DNA of 64,000 nt from Hamiltosporidium tvaerminnensis FI-OER-3-3 (taxonomy: Eukaryota; Fungi; Microsporidia): NCBI GenBank assembly GCA_022605425.2, contig CM061255.1, positions 558,001 to 622,000 on the forward strand, read 5' to 3'. The notes under the pieces are model-generated. The model saw nothing but the letters and a program-made list of their open reading frames with translations. It was not told the DNA's origin and ran no database searches. Below are positions 50,081 to 63,000 of the stretch, piece by piece. A program made the position numbers and the translations under genes. Positions within the stretch are counted from its first letter, which is position 1. Each line of letters opens with the position of its first letter.

Positions 50081-50405
50081 TGCTTGAGACAATAAATCTA
50101 TTCTAAACTTATAAAGCGTTATTTACATGAAGGCAATCTAAATTTGCATTGTTTATAAAAAAGTGATGTTTATTAAATAAAAAGCATTCTCTCGAATAAA
50201 AAGTTATCAAATAAGAAAATAAAATTTAAATAACCGTTTTTACAAATTTAATCCGCTTAATTCTATAAAACAGAGTTATGGTAATTACAATTTAAATATA
50301 CAGATTAAAAGAAACAGATGGAAACCTTTTATTTGTACATCTTCAATACGGAAAGGTAAAAGTAGAATAGAATAAGTAAGTAAGTATAATTTAAATATAT
50401 TTTAA

Positions 50406-51137
50406 TTATTCCAAATTTTTAAGAATTTCATTAATAATTGGATGTTTATAATTTCTACAAAAATCAGTGATTTCAGTAGAAAAACACTCTTTATAATTTC
50501 TAGAGACTACGAGTAATAACCTCAAATGAGATACTGTGATATTTTGTCTAATTATTTTTGACAAATATACAGTTAGATACTTACCAACACATATTTTTTT
50601 TCTTTTACATAATAGAGAAGTAAGGATAATTGTTGTATTATTACTGTATTCAGATAATTCATTGGCACTCAAATCATTTAAATTATCAGAATCACCGCAT
50701 TTTAGAATATTTAAAATTTGGAAATCATTAAATATAGTTTTATACGTGTCACTTGGTTCATTAATATTTAAGAATCCTCTGAATATGTGAAATAGAATAT
50801 TTTTATCAATATCATTAACTTTTGTTTTCATATATGCTCTACCAACTACAATACATTCACTTTTGGTCATGTATTTGAGAAAAGATATCAATACAAACAT
50901 TTCATCTGTATTTATCATACATTTTAGACGTGTAAAATTCTTGGAATTTAATTTTCCAAGAGTTTGTATTTGCTTTCTGAAAATATTTCCAAAAATTTCA
51001 ATTTCTTTGTATTTCTTAATATCTTCAATTATGTCACATATATTTTCTGTTAGTTTGTTATTCGAATTAGAATATGTAATAGGATCGGAAATATCATTAT
51101 TAGAGTCTTTGATTGTTTGAAATACCCCTTTGTTCAT
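50406..51137 (-). CDS. Bystin/Enp1-like 40S biogenesis factor (reduced, divergent)
   Basis: TKSECIVVG (cf. TLREAIIVG), EYSNNTTIILTSLLCKR (cf. YSGANSIFLRLLLDKK), LLVVSRNYK and C-terminal HPIINEILKNL (cf. HPQLSPEIRREL). Confidence 0.6.
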   Translation of the reverse strand: MNKGVFQTIKDSNNDISDPITYSNSNNKLTENICDIIEDIKKYKEIEIFGNIFRKQIQTLGKLNSKNFTRLKCMINTDEMFVLISFLKYMTKSECIVVGRAYMKTKVNDIDKNILFHIFRGFLNINEPSDTYKTIFNDFQILNILKCGDSDNLNDLSANELSEYSNNTTIILTSLLCKRKKICVGKYLTVYLSKIIRQNITVSHLRLLLVVSRNYKECFSTEITDFCRNYKHPIINEILKNLE

Positions 51138-51191
51138 ACAACGGTTAACATAAATTATTTTATAAAATAAATATGAAATTTATTTTTTATT

Positions 51192-51337
51192 TCAGATTGA
51201 AGAACACCACTAGAGGAACTGATAATAAATATAAACGAAGAGTCTGATTTATAAGAAGAAAAGATGATGGTATAAGAAATAGAAGGAAATAAATAGAAGT
51301 TTGATGAAATATTTTAACCCAAAAATACATTATTTTT
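51192..51337 (+). mobile_element. Extremely 5'-truncated RLE retrotransposon 3' end, interrupted by the Ginger-like element
   Basis: ACCACTAGAGGAAC...AAACGAAGAGTCTGATTT...ATATTTTAACCC matches the subfamily A 3' end. TTAAATAA resumes after 53408. Probable TSD ATGAAAT(T/A)TATTTTT at 51173-51187 / 53416-53430. Confidence 0.7.
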
Positions 51338-53408
51338 TGTCACGGCCAATAAACCGCCCCATGTCCAATAGAACCCCCGTTATTTTCTATATATTTTAAT
51401 ATTACTGACATTCTTTATTTTTTAAAATAGCTCTATAATTTCTATACCCTTATAACCTATTTATTTCCTAATTCCTATACATCTTCTTATTTTAGTCTCT
51501 ATTCCAATACTTCTTATCCATTCTTTCTTAATATTTCTTTTGTATGAACAATAGGATGTGTTAATAATGAATAAAATATTCAATAAACTTTATATTTTTC
51601 TTTTCAGTTCTTTTTTTGTATTTTTCAGTTATTTGCATTTGTTAGTATTTGTAAGGCGAAATTTCGTTGTAGAATTTGATACAGGCACTAAACAACATAA
51701 AATTCAATATACATTTGATTAATGGTTTCCTATTATCTGTTTTTTTTTTAAGTATTCAGTTTATATATATATAAAAACAAAATGTAACCAAAATGCCAAA
51801 GATCATAAGTGGTAAAAATAGACAAGAAAAAGAAATTATTACAACATTTTTAAAAACCGGTCAATATCCAGCTTAGTTTAAAAAAAAGGGGTTGTTGAGG
51901 CAGAAAGCAGAACATTTTACTTTGCTCGGAAATGATATTTGTTTAAAAAGACCGATCATCTAATAAGAGCCGTTTTTGGATTTGAAACTGCCTTGATTAA
52001 ACAAATTATTCAAACAGAGCTTGCTGTTGCACACATCGGAGTAATTAGAATGATGGCTTTGATTGTACAAAAATACTATGGGATTCCCAAGGCATATATA
52101 AAAGAGTATGTAAAAGACTGTGAAGCATGTAGTGGATTCAATTCTCTAAAAAAAATTCAGCTAGTATATATAAACCATATTACCAAAAAATAAGATCTAT
52201 TTATGATGGATTGTGTAGATCTCAGGATATATAGTGATCGAAATGATCAATATAGCTGGATTCTTAATGTAATCGACACATACACAAAACATCTCTGGAG
52301 CTTTAAGCTGATTAATAAAACTTCGAAATTAGTAAGAGATTCATTAAAATTTTTATTTAACAACTTTGGTGTCCCGGTGACAATACAATCCGATAACGAT
52401 CAAGAGTTTAAAAATGCACTACTTGAAGCCTTTTTAACAGATCATAACATCAGAATTATACATGGAAGACCACGCAATTCGAAGGCGCAAGGTCAAGTGG
52501 AACGTGTAAATCAAACCATAAAAAAATGGCTAGCGAAGAAATTACATGAAACAGGTGGAAGAAGCTGGATTGAACATCTTAGTAATGTTGTTTATGCCTA
52601 TAACAGAAGAATACATGGTGCAAAAAACAAATCACCATTTATGTTTTTCTTCAGACAACCAGGTTTTACCAATCCACTTTCTGGAAGCATAATATTTGAA
52701 TAAGAAGCCAGTACGATGGTACTTACTATTTATGTAGATCCTGATATAGTTTGAGTCGAAGAAAATCAGGGAAAACACAATGAAGCCTAGAAATTGCCTC
52801 GGATGTACATGAAGAATTTACTGAAACGGTAACACTATAATAATTAATGATCTTGAAATCGATAGTAAGATTCGTTCGGATGTGGCTAAGCATTTTAAAA
52901 ATTATAGAGAAATAATTATAGAAAGCAACAATTCAAATAGACACAAGAGAGATTTGTCTACTGGAGATTAAGTTTTTTAAAAAAAAGAGCTAGATATGAA
53001 TACTAACTAAAAGAGCGCCTTTTGTCTCTTTTTACGATAATTCGGTTTTTACAGTTACCGCTATTTTGATGAACAACATGATTGAAGTAAAAAACAATGA
53101 TGGTGACATCAGAACGTTTTTTGAGGCGTAACAAAACGTATTTAATTTAATTTACTTGCAATTTTTTTTGACATTTTTTATTACTTAAGTATTATCATTA
53201 AAGTTTTATTTTTCTTCTGGCAAAACTTGAAATATTTTTTTTGGCGGGAAATTTAAGTTAAAAATTATATAAGCATTTTTTAAACAGACCCCTCCTATTA
53301 AATTTAGAGAAAAAATCACTTCCTTTTTTAAAATATATGGCCCTTAGGTAAAATATATCAAAATAACGGGGGTTCTATTGGACATGGGGGGTTTATTGGC
53401 CCATGACA
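51338..53408 (+). mobile_element. Ginger-like DNA transposon with pseudogenised integrase-type (rve) transposase
   Basis: ~48-bp TIRs TGTCA(C/T)GG..CCAATAAAC..CCCCATGTCCAATAGAACCCCCGTTATTT. ORF pieces 51793-52703 contain a zinc-finger remnant (AHIG...CEAC) and a DDE core (DCVDL, IQSDNDQEF, AQGQVERVN), with in-frame stops. No clear TSD. Confidence 0.88.
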
Positions 53409-53439
53409 TTAAATAATGAAATATATTTTTACAATCATT

Positions 53440-56400
53440 TACCAATGAGTTATGTAAAAAACCCAAATTTACACTATCTAAAACTTATTATCGTGTAATA
53501 AAACTGAAAAATTAAAATTTTTAGGGGTCAAAATTATTTTATTTTTATGCTTTTTTTTATCAATTTACAATTTAAAATTATTTTTTTTTTATTTAATAAA
53601 TTCTGGGTTAACAAATTTTTCTTTTTAAATAATTCTTTCCACCATTTCAACCACTTCTATTTCTTCCTCCAACTCCAACTCTTCATTTGTATTAGTTGTT
53701 GGTTCCTTTGCTGTGGTTATGCCATCCAAAATAAGGGGTAAAATATTTTTTGTATTTTCCGTTTTAACATCATCTTCCTCGTTGTCTACTTGCTTTAAAG
53801 GGGGTATTGGTTGTTTATGCATCTCAGCTCCTAAGATAACACTTAATGATGCTCTCTCCCAGCTCTCCTCGGCATTTGGACCAGACTCAAGTCCTCTTCG
53901 TCGATCAAAAGAAATTGTTTCGACTGTCTTCTTGAGTACTATGGATTGTATATATGCCTCTACATTCATGGGTATTTGCAGTCTCTTAACATACGTCTTA
54001 TGGTATTTTGTCACAATACCGTCCCAGGTCATCACATAAGGAATTATCTCTACATTGCATTTATAAATAAGACCTAACTCATTTTCTAATAGGTCATACT
54101 TCCTAAGCTTCTCTGTTTCAACTATTTGGAGAGAGTCTTGGGATGTGATTCCTACTTCAATGAGGGTTATCCTATTCTGTCTCTTGTCTAAAATAAATAT
54201 ATCTGGTCTGTTACACCGAATCTTGACATCAGTTTTTATTCTGGTGTCCACTCTTATCTCTGCATATTCGTTATCAAGAATTTCTTGAACTGAGTGGCTT
54301 CTAATTCGTTTCGAAGACTTAAACTTATATTTATTCAGCAAGAGTAAATGTATACATCGTACCACTTCATTATGTCGTCTAGTATAGTCATGACCAAGCA
54401 TTTTTTCACATCTCGTTGCTGAGTGATCAACAGTTTTCCTAGACTGGTTGCAGTGTTGACACATACCTTCTGCACCCCAGAATACATTTCTCTCCTGGAT
54501 ATAACAGAACACTGCTTTATCAAGTGGTCTTACACATCCTTTCTTTAACCATCTTGAGGAGTCATTTACACTTACCAGCTCGTTATTTCTAGCGCTATAT
54601 AACTTTGAATGTAGTTTTCGGTTTTTGATTTCGTTATATAGGTTAGCTAGTTGAGCTTCTTCTAATTTATTTTTTGTGACTTCCTCTTCCAACCCGTATT
54701 TTATTTTTAAAAAGTTTTTAATTAGTGAAAGGTGGGTTTTATTATTATTCTCAACCTTTAGGATTGCTGCTCTTCTGGTCGATGTATCTTTATGTTTTTC
54801 CAGACAATCCAAGAGTTGCAAAAGCATATGTTCGCTTTTGAACTCGACACTATGTAAACCTCTTCCAAGTTCTTTACGTGGAAGTTATAGACGTTCTTTG
54901 CATCCTGGGCGTAGATGTATTTTGTTCTTTACTAACACTGCACGCACCGCATCATCTAACTTAGAGAAGTCAGCCGGTTCAAGTCGGAGTACACCTATAT
55001 GATAGTTTAGTAAAGAAATTGCATGTTGATTAATGGCTTAAAATAAATTTCTTGCATTTAATCTCGTGCGACAAAGTCTTTCTACTCGTGCTATAAGTTT
55101 GGTCTGTACTTCCTCAAACGACTTACTTGTTTGGATTCCTCTGCTATCTTCTATAATTCCAAGGTATTTATAAACACCTATTCCTTCAAGAAGAGTAGCA
55201 GTATCTTCACAACATGGATCATTAGTGGCTGACTTCTCTTTGTTAATTTCCAATCCTATATTATTCATAAACTTTTTAACCTCCACCGTCATTTCTTCCA
55301 ATGTTTGTCCATCTTCGGCAAGGAGCTTAAGATCATCAATAAACAAGAGATGATTAGTCGCGTGGGATTCTGCATCTGTCTTTATTGTCACTTTTGTGTA
55401 TTTCTCATTAAGCTTTCGGCTCAATGGATCCATACACAACACAAACAATAATGGTGACAAACTATCTCCTTGCAGAATCCCTCTATCAATCTTCTTGCTC
55501 ATGATTTTTTCAGGCCCTATTGATATATCAATTTTCCATTTTGATATAATTACCTTAATAAATTTCAGGATCCAATCAGGTAAATTAAGGTTTTCAATGC
55601 ATTGAGTCAAATAAGCATGATCTATTGAATCATAAGCTTTTTTGACATCAATCCATGTTGCCTTAAGATTGTTTCCGTACTCTTTATTAATGGCAATATT
55701 CAATAGGCCTGTTCTTTCGCTCCTTGCACTCCTCTTACTGCTCCCAACTGGTTTTCTGAAAGTAATCCTCGTCTTTCCACCTCAATCTGTACCACTTTAG
55801 TAACACATTTTGTAGTTAGTTTATACAGATTTGACATACAGGTTATTGGCCTGTAATAAGAGCCAGTCTTTGGTGTACCTTTAGGTATCAGATAAGTAAG
55901 TCCACAATAATACCAATCGGCTTGAGGCGTTCCTTCTAAACATATGGCTTTCACAATATCGTAAAGATATTTATGAAGGCTCGTAAGTTTCTTGATGTAA
56001 AAGTTATAAATACCATCAATTCCAGCGGCTTTCCAGTTAGGCAGCCAATTGATGATATCTATAAACTCTTCAAGTAAAGGAAACGTGGTCTGGTGCGTAT
56101 CTGACACGAAAGGTATCAAATACTCATCATATGTAACTACTTTATCATTTTTATTCCACATTGTAGACCAAAATTCTGAAATTTCGTCACGATAAACCAC
56201 ATGCTCGGATTCAACGCGCTCAGATAACCCTCGATAGAATCGACCTCGGAATATCTCAAACATACGATTCTCTTTTCGAAATTTTCTCCTACTTTCATAC
56301 ATCGTAATTTTTTTCTCGTACACATTCAAAGCCTCATTCTTCTTAACCAAAGCCTCAGAGAGATCATTTATTTTGCTTAAGTCTAAATTAAACTCTCGCA

Positions 56401-58515
56401 TAATTTTTCTGAGACTTTTCGTTTCCGAAGTAGAGAGCTTTTCCTGCTTGCGAGCCTTCTCGAGGAGATCTTTGGAAAGTACTAACTTAGAAATTTTACA
56501 TTCTATGTTTTCCTTCCAAGCGAATCTAGGCTTCTCCTTACGCGTTTCCTCGTCCTAGCATACCTTGGCCGCCTGGATGATTCGAGCTGCATCACTAACA
56601 TTCTTAGGCACATGAGATTCAGCATATTCACCTGTGATCCGATTTATGATTCCAAAACTTTACTATCAACCAATTCACTTGGAAGTTTTCTAGTTCGGAC
56701 CACTACATCTCCGATTTCCTTCTCCGAGAGTTCCTTGATTTTGCACAAGAACTTTTCTCTCAGGTTCATATAGAGTGTAGTGTCAGTTAAAGAACATGGC
56801 TCGGCGAGACAAGTGGCGATTCTACGTCGCTCTCCATTCTCTTCTTCCCTTATTTCTCTTTCTGCCTCATTATGTGTTAATTTTTTTAACACATCGATAT
56901 CAACAGTTCGACCAAATTTCCCATTATAGTACCTAAGAATTGCAGACCAGCCATTTCTAGGCATTCTCTCAAACCTTTTTTGCACTGCTGAAATAGCAGA
57001 TCTAGGCCATTCCTGCTCTACGGCTGTGACAGAGTCAAGTATTGAATGCAATACCATCAGTCGATTTACTTCTGGAATGACAGGGGCATTGAGGTTTTCC
57101 ATTGTGTTGGCTGGTCTACGCGCAGACGAATCGGGACAGGAAGAAGGGAGTGCGGAATCGAGCAGGTTGATTGGAGTAGCCTGAAGCGTATTGCTCGATG
57201 GGGAGTGGGTGTTATTATAGATGGTCGGTTGTGGTGGAAGCGTCTCGGATATAGTTACTACATCTCTATCACACGTTTTTATCTCTTTAAAACTAATTTT
57301 CGAGTTGTTTACAGCATTTATTTCATCATTTTTTATATTTTCGCTGTCAACTTTTTTTCTTCTACCCATTATTTAAAATTAAAAAGTTAAAATTACAAAA
57401 TATATACAATTTAAATATATATTTAAATTTCGCTTTAAAATTTCCTACACAAAATTAACTAAATTTTCTATTTATATGTTACTTGTTAACAGTGGAAAAC
57501 TATTTATTTAAACTCTAAAATTCAAATAAGAAATGACAGAGACTTAGAGGATAATTTTTTTATTTGAACAACACGATTTGATTAAATCATGTTTTGTTTG
57601 TAATAGAACTCTGAACGGTTTAATTCTTTCTTTAGGAAAGATTTGTTTCCGGTGTATGTTTTGTGATAAGAAATATACTGAATATTGTTTCGGTGCAATG
57701 AAAATTTAAAAATTGGAATTCATGGTGTAGGTTATATCATTTGGGGATTTACATTTGAACTGCCATATGATGTCAACAAAGCAATGTATGTTTTTTTAGA
57801 TGCAACTATGGCAGACTCTATTAAAGACTTGTGATTGCTAATATAAAACAATTGCTTGTATTCCTTTGAGAAAATTGATGGATCCGGAGAAATAGTGGAA
57901 TTAGATGAAGCTGCTATATGCAACGGAAGGTATAATAGAGGTCATCTCATTGGCCAACATTGGTGTTCTGAGCTATTTCGAGAAAGACATAGAGGGTTTA
58001 TATGCAAATTGTTCCAAATAGAACGTTTAGTGGTTTAAAAAATGCTGTATATAATCACATCTCCCCAGGAAGTACAGTATATTCCGATAAACACCGGGTA
58101 TGCCTATGAATATAGAGAGAATTAATATTTTTCTTATAATATTGTGAACCATGCAACAATTTTGTATCAGAATCTGGTATTCATATTCACGATCGAAAAA
58201 TAATGGTCTAGATTCAAAGGGTTTAAAACAAAACATAATTTTAACAAAAGGCTTAGTTGAATGATTACATTTATGAATACATTTTCAGGAGGAATCATCG
58301 ATGTAAGGCACGAAGCGCACAATTTTTAAAATTTTTTGAACTTTTTATCAAATAAAGTGGATAATATTTTACATGATTTTTTCAATTAAAAATAATTGAC
58401 AAAAAAGGAGTAAAAATTTAGAAATTTTAACCCTTAAAAAGTTTTATTTTCCCTCGAGCTTTCATAAAAAGTCCAACCGAAAACTTTGTATAAGTAGAAA
58501 AAGTCTCATTTGTAA
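53440..58515 (+). mobile_element. Merlin (IS1595-like) DNA transposon remnant, interrupted by the subfamily B retrotransposon
   Basis: Transposase fragments KIDGSGEIVELDE...YNRGHLIGQHW, IVNH..NFVSESGIH, WSRFK and YIYEYIFRR at ~57540-58290. Degenerate inverted repeats: AAAATTTTTAGGGGTCAAAATT...TTTATCAATT (~53505-53566) vs the reverse complement of ~58393-58452. Outer limits are approximate. Confidence 0.72.
53581..57370 (-). mobile_element. Full-length but disabled RLE non-LTR retrotransposon, subfamily B
   Basis: ORF pieces 56644-57369, 55700-56401, 55038-55703 and 53625-54827 are homologous to the 1253-aa ORF. Poly(A) tail at 53581-53590. 11-bp TSD ATTTAAAATTA at 53570-53580 and 57371-57381. 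Confidence 0.95.
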
Positions 58516-60021
58516 TATTTTAGAAAATTGAAATATAAATAAAAATTTCATAAAATTTTTTTGTTTTTTGATTTTATTTCTGTATTTTTTCATATTATAT
58601 ATGATCTCTTATTATATTTAGTATAATTTGAGGAGATGTTTAAATTATAGCACAAAATAATTTAGAACGAAAAATATATACTTAAACGAGTATTAAGCAT
58701 TTTTCTAAACAGAGGTGATACTTAAACTGATCTCTAAATCTATATTAAATTAGGTGTTTTTCTACCATTTAATACACTTATTTGCTTGTTTAAATCAATA
58801 TATGCATCTATAAATCAAATACAAGGGTATAAAATATTCCATTGAAGTTTTTACTGCTCTATTGAGATAAAAAGTTTTTTGATAGTTTTTGGTCCAGTAA
58901 AGATATAATATTCTTCATAAGATTCTGTTCTTGTATTATTTGTCAAATCGTAACAATTTTTCAAAATATATTATAATATATAGCAATTTCCAGTTCATTT
59001 TTAATTTGAAGCAATATCACTGGCATCTTTTTGTCTGGTTTCTTAAGTTCTACTGCATATAACTGATTTTCAGTGAATTATAAATATTTTATCACAATAA
59101 TTAAATTATTCAAAAGTAAAAGCTTTTAAATAATAAAAAACAAATATTCTAGCTTTTAATCAATTAACCCAAATTATCTATTTCATTTAATAATTTACGT
59201 GACGGAATTTTAAATTTGTATTGAAATTTATAACTTAAGCAATATTTTCTAGAATATTTAAGTAACATTTGGGTTTAAAAGATCATAAATGAATAATTTA
59301 GGTACGTAAGTTAATTAATAAAACCATTTGCCTTATGATATTCATTGAAAATATATTGGTAACATTTATCGTTTTAAGTTAGAAAAAATATAAATTTTAA
59401 CCTGTTTATTCCAAAAAAGGTTTAATTTTTTTCAGGTGAAGCAGTCCTCATTACCATTTTCTCATCATCAAGAATATTCCCTTTTAACACCACCAGACCA
59501 CCTGCAAAAAAAATCATTTTTAATAATAAAAAAATATGTTTACTTTTTATAGTATTTTTTGCTTTCAAATGCTAGAATATTTTTACTTGAATTTCAAAAA
59601 AAATAAATAAGAACCGTGATGTAACAGATATAATAGTAAATTAAATCCCTAGTAATATCCTGAACTCTGCTAAAACATGTCAGAAGGCTTCCGTTATTTG
59701 TTTATATTTGTAAAAAAACATAGGTTCGAAAATAAATAACAACAAAATCTTGTAATAACTTGTGAAGCAATTAATTTTTTTAAAAATTCATGAAAAGGTA
59801 AAAAAAATCTTAATTTTATTTTTAGTTTAAATTCGTTCGTTATCTTATTTATTAAATTTGATTTAGATATCCGTAAGAACTTACAAAATCTTCAATATTT
59901 GTTAATTAAACTTAAATTCAATAAAATATACTATGATTTTGATTGATTTATATAATTTCTATTCATAGAATATATTTGTGATCCGAAATACAAGTACATA
60001 TTTTCATGCTAAGTTTTAGTA

Positions 60022-63000
60022 TTTACAGAAAGTATTGACTAAAAGACAAAAATAAAATTAATAAGCTTTGACTTTTTATTTTTAGCATTCTCGGCGTATA
60101 TAATGAATGATATAAAAAAATAATTTCGAAAATTGTTTTAGCAGATAAATTGTTAAATAAAAAATACATTTTATATTCTCGGTTTTTATTTATATGTAAA
60201 GCATCTTGTACAGATGTTTATGTATTTTTGGCATTAAAAATAACATCATTTATAATTTCTACAGCCCAGTTATTATCATTTTCCTGCATATTTAAATTTT
60301 TAAAATATTTTTGGCTTAATTTTTTCTTTAGTTCTATACATTCATCATAGAAACTACCGGGATATTTAAATTTATGCATAAGTTCTAACCCAAGACTTTC
60401 GGTGCATATTCCATCTTTAATTGTGTATTTTTTAGAACTGGTCTGTTTTTCAAGCATTTTAAAGCAGTAATTATCGAAAATTTGAATTAAAATTCCAGAT
60501 AGATCATCCTTTGATTTTGTGATAAATATATTTTTGTTTTTAAAGCAGGCAGATTCATTAATATATGAAAGTTCTAAATTATTTAATTCTTTATCCTTAG
60601 ATATAATTTGGCTTGATGAATCAGAAGTATTTCTATTATTTTCAGTTTCAATTTTTGTTCTTTTGCAATTAAAAATTTCATTTAATACTTCTATGCTTGT
60701 TGATTTTGAATTTTCATCACTAGATACCGCATATTTTGTATTAAATGTATTCTGATCCGAGGCGTTAGATGGGGTTTCTTTTGTATTTAAAACTTCAATG
60801 GTTTTATTTTCATTAAAGTTATCGATTAGCCATCCCATTAAATGTGTAGTGGAAATAACCAAAATATCCTTTAAATTTTTACAAATTGATAAAAACAAAG
60901 CAGTGCCGTCAATGATATTTGTTCCTTTTCCAAGTTCATCAATTAAAAAGATTGAATCTGATGATCCATAATTCAAAGCTTCTCTCACTAAAGACATATC
61001 GCTAGCGAAAGCGCTTCTATTACAGTTTAGAGATTCGTTGGATGCCATCTTTGTAAAGATTTTATCAAATAGTTTCATTGATGCCTGCTTGCATGGTATA
61101 AATGAACCGATTTGATTTAAAATTATTGATATACCGATCGTACGTAATAAAGAACTTTTCCCTGAAGAATTCGGGCCTGTTAAAATACAATTTGTATCTA
61201 AAGTAAAGTCGAAACCATAAAAATCAAAGTTCAAAATACAGCGCAAATCTTTAAATTCAAAAATATTTTTATCGGTTATATCGCTCTTCTTTAAATTATA
61301 TTTAATGACAGATGTCGCTAAAGAATTTATACAATCTACGATAGCAATATAGTCTATCAAAGAATCAAGCCTTCTTCTTTCTTTGACTATTTTGTTTCGA
61401 ATCGAATTCAAAATTTCTAGTTCAATATCATATATTTGTGTTAAAATGTCCCCCAGTTCACTATCTAAATCATTCATAAATTCATTTTTATAATAATAAT
61501 TTTCTTTAATTTTAAATTTACAGATCCATTCTTCTATATTCGATTTTGTTTCAATTAGATATCCGATTTGAGGATAATATATTATACTTACGGTTAATTT
61601 TTTTCATTCGATACTTTTTTAGCAATGCAGTCTAAATATTCTGGAAGTTCTTTAAAAGTTTTTTTTAAGGTATCTAAGTGCTCAATAATACATTCTTTTA
61701 CAATAAATACATTTTTATCATCTATATCATTAAAATTTATATTGGTTTTGCCTATATAACTATCATCGTCAAGGAATGTCTGAAATTCATTTAATATATT
61801 ACTCCCCTTAGATTTATCAAAAGGAATCAGAATGCTATCATTTGAATTGGTTTCATTTGTATTTTGATCTTTATTACTTACAGAATTTATTTTGGCATTT
61901 AAATCTAGTTTACTATCAATTTCATGTATAAGATCAGATATAAAATCTGTATCGTGATGAAAAACGTTTTTAAATAATTTTGTAATTTCATAAGATGCCA
62001 TTAAAAATTTTCTTAGTTTGAAAAAATAGCTTTTTTTATTTTTTTGATAGAAATTATTATCGTTTTTTTCTAAACACACACACATCTTTAAAAATTGGGT
62101 TGTTTTTGTCTGTAAACTATTATTTATGATATAATCTATAATTTCTCGCCTTTCATTAATTTTTTTAATGTTTAAAAGGGGAAAATTTACCCACAACTTT
62201 AAAAGAGATTTTCCCACGTTGGTTTGAGTGAAATCTATTTTTTCAATAACAGAAAAATCTTTTTTAGTTGAGATATTAATATTCTGATGTCTTTTTTCCT
62301 TCAATAAATAGAGTGATTTCATTGTAGATTGCGAAAGAAATAGTGTTTCACGCAAATCAAGCAAATGAATATTATAAACACCGATAGATGTTATTAGTTT
62401 ACTCATTCTAAAGTTATTTTGGCGCTCATCTTTGATTGTTTCTGCTGTTTTTACCTTCTTACCGACAAAAAAACGATTTTCGCAACTTACTTTTTTGTTA
62501 TCGGCAATAATTTCCTTAATTATTTCTGGGCAATTAAAAAATATGAGTAACGATGATAAACACGAAATGGATAATTTATATTTGTCTTTTTCAATAAATT
62601 GTTCTAAATGTTTTTTTACTGACGAATTCTCATACGTTTTTGTTTCTAGCATTTCAAATTCTATCTGGCATTCTTCTAGACACTCATATCGCTCCAAACT
62701 TAAATCCAACGAATAAAAACATTTTTGAATGTCAAATGTATGAATAATGTTTTTTAAAATATCACATTCATGTGTATCGTAAATATCTTGTATAATAAAA
62801 AGATCTTTCATATCCTGAATGCATACACCAAGAATATTCTTTTTATATAAAATTGAAATGTTCATGCAAGAAAAAAAAATTACTATTAAATTTTTTTTAA
62901 GAAAATTAAACAAAAGTATAAAAACTTGATAATTTGACAAATCACAAATATAAGAATACAATCGATTTAATCATTCTTTTTTTGTCGAAAATAACTTTAA

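Noticed and set aside
59425-59520. Short inverted repeat (TTTTCAGGTG...CACCTGCAAAA) enclosing a 31-codon minus-strand ORF and TGATGA/CTGA boxes
   Set aside because: Cannot distinguish a snoRNA, a decayed gene start or chance; box spacing is atypical.
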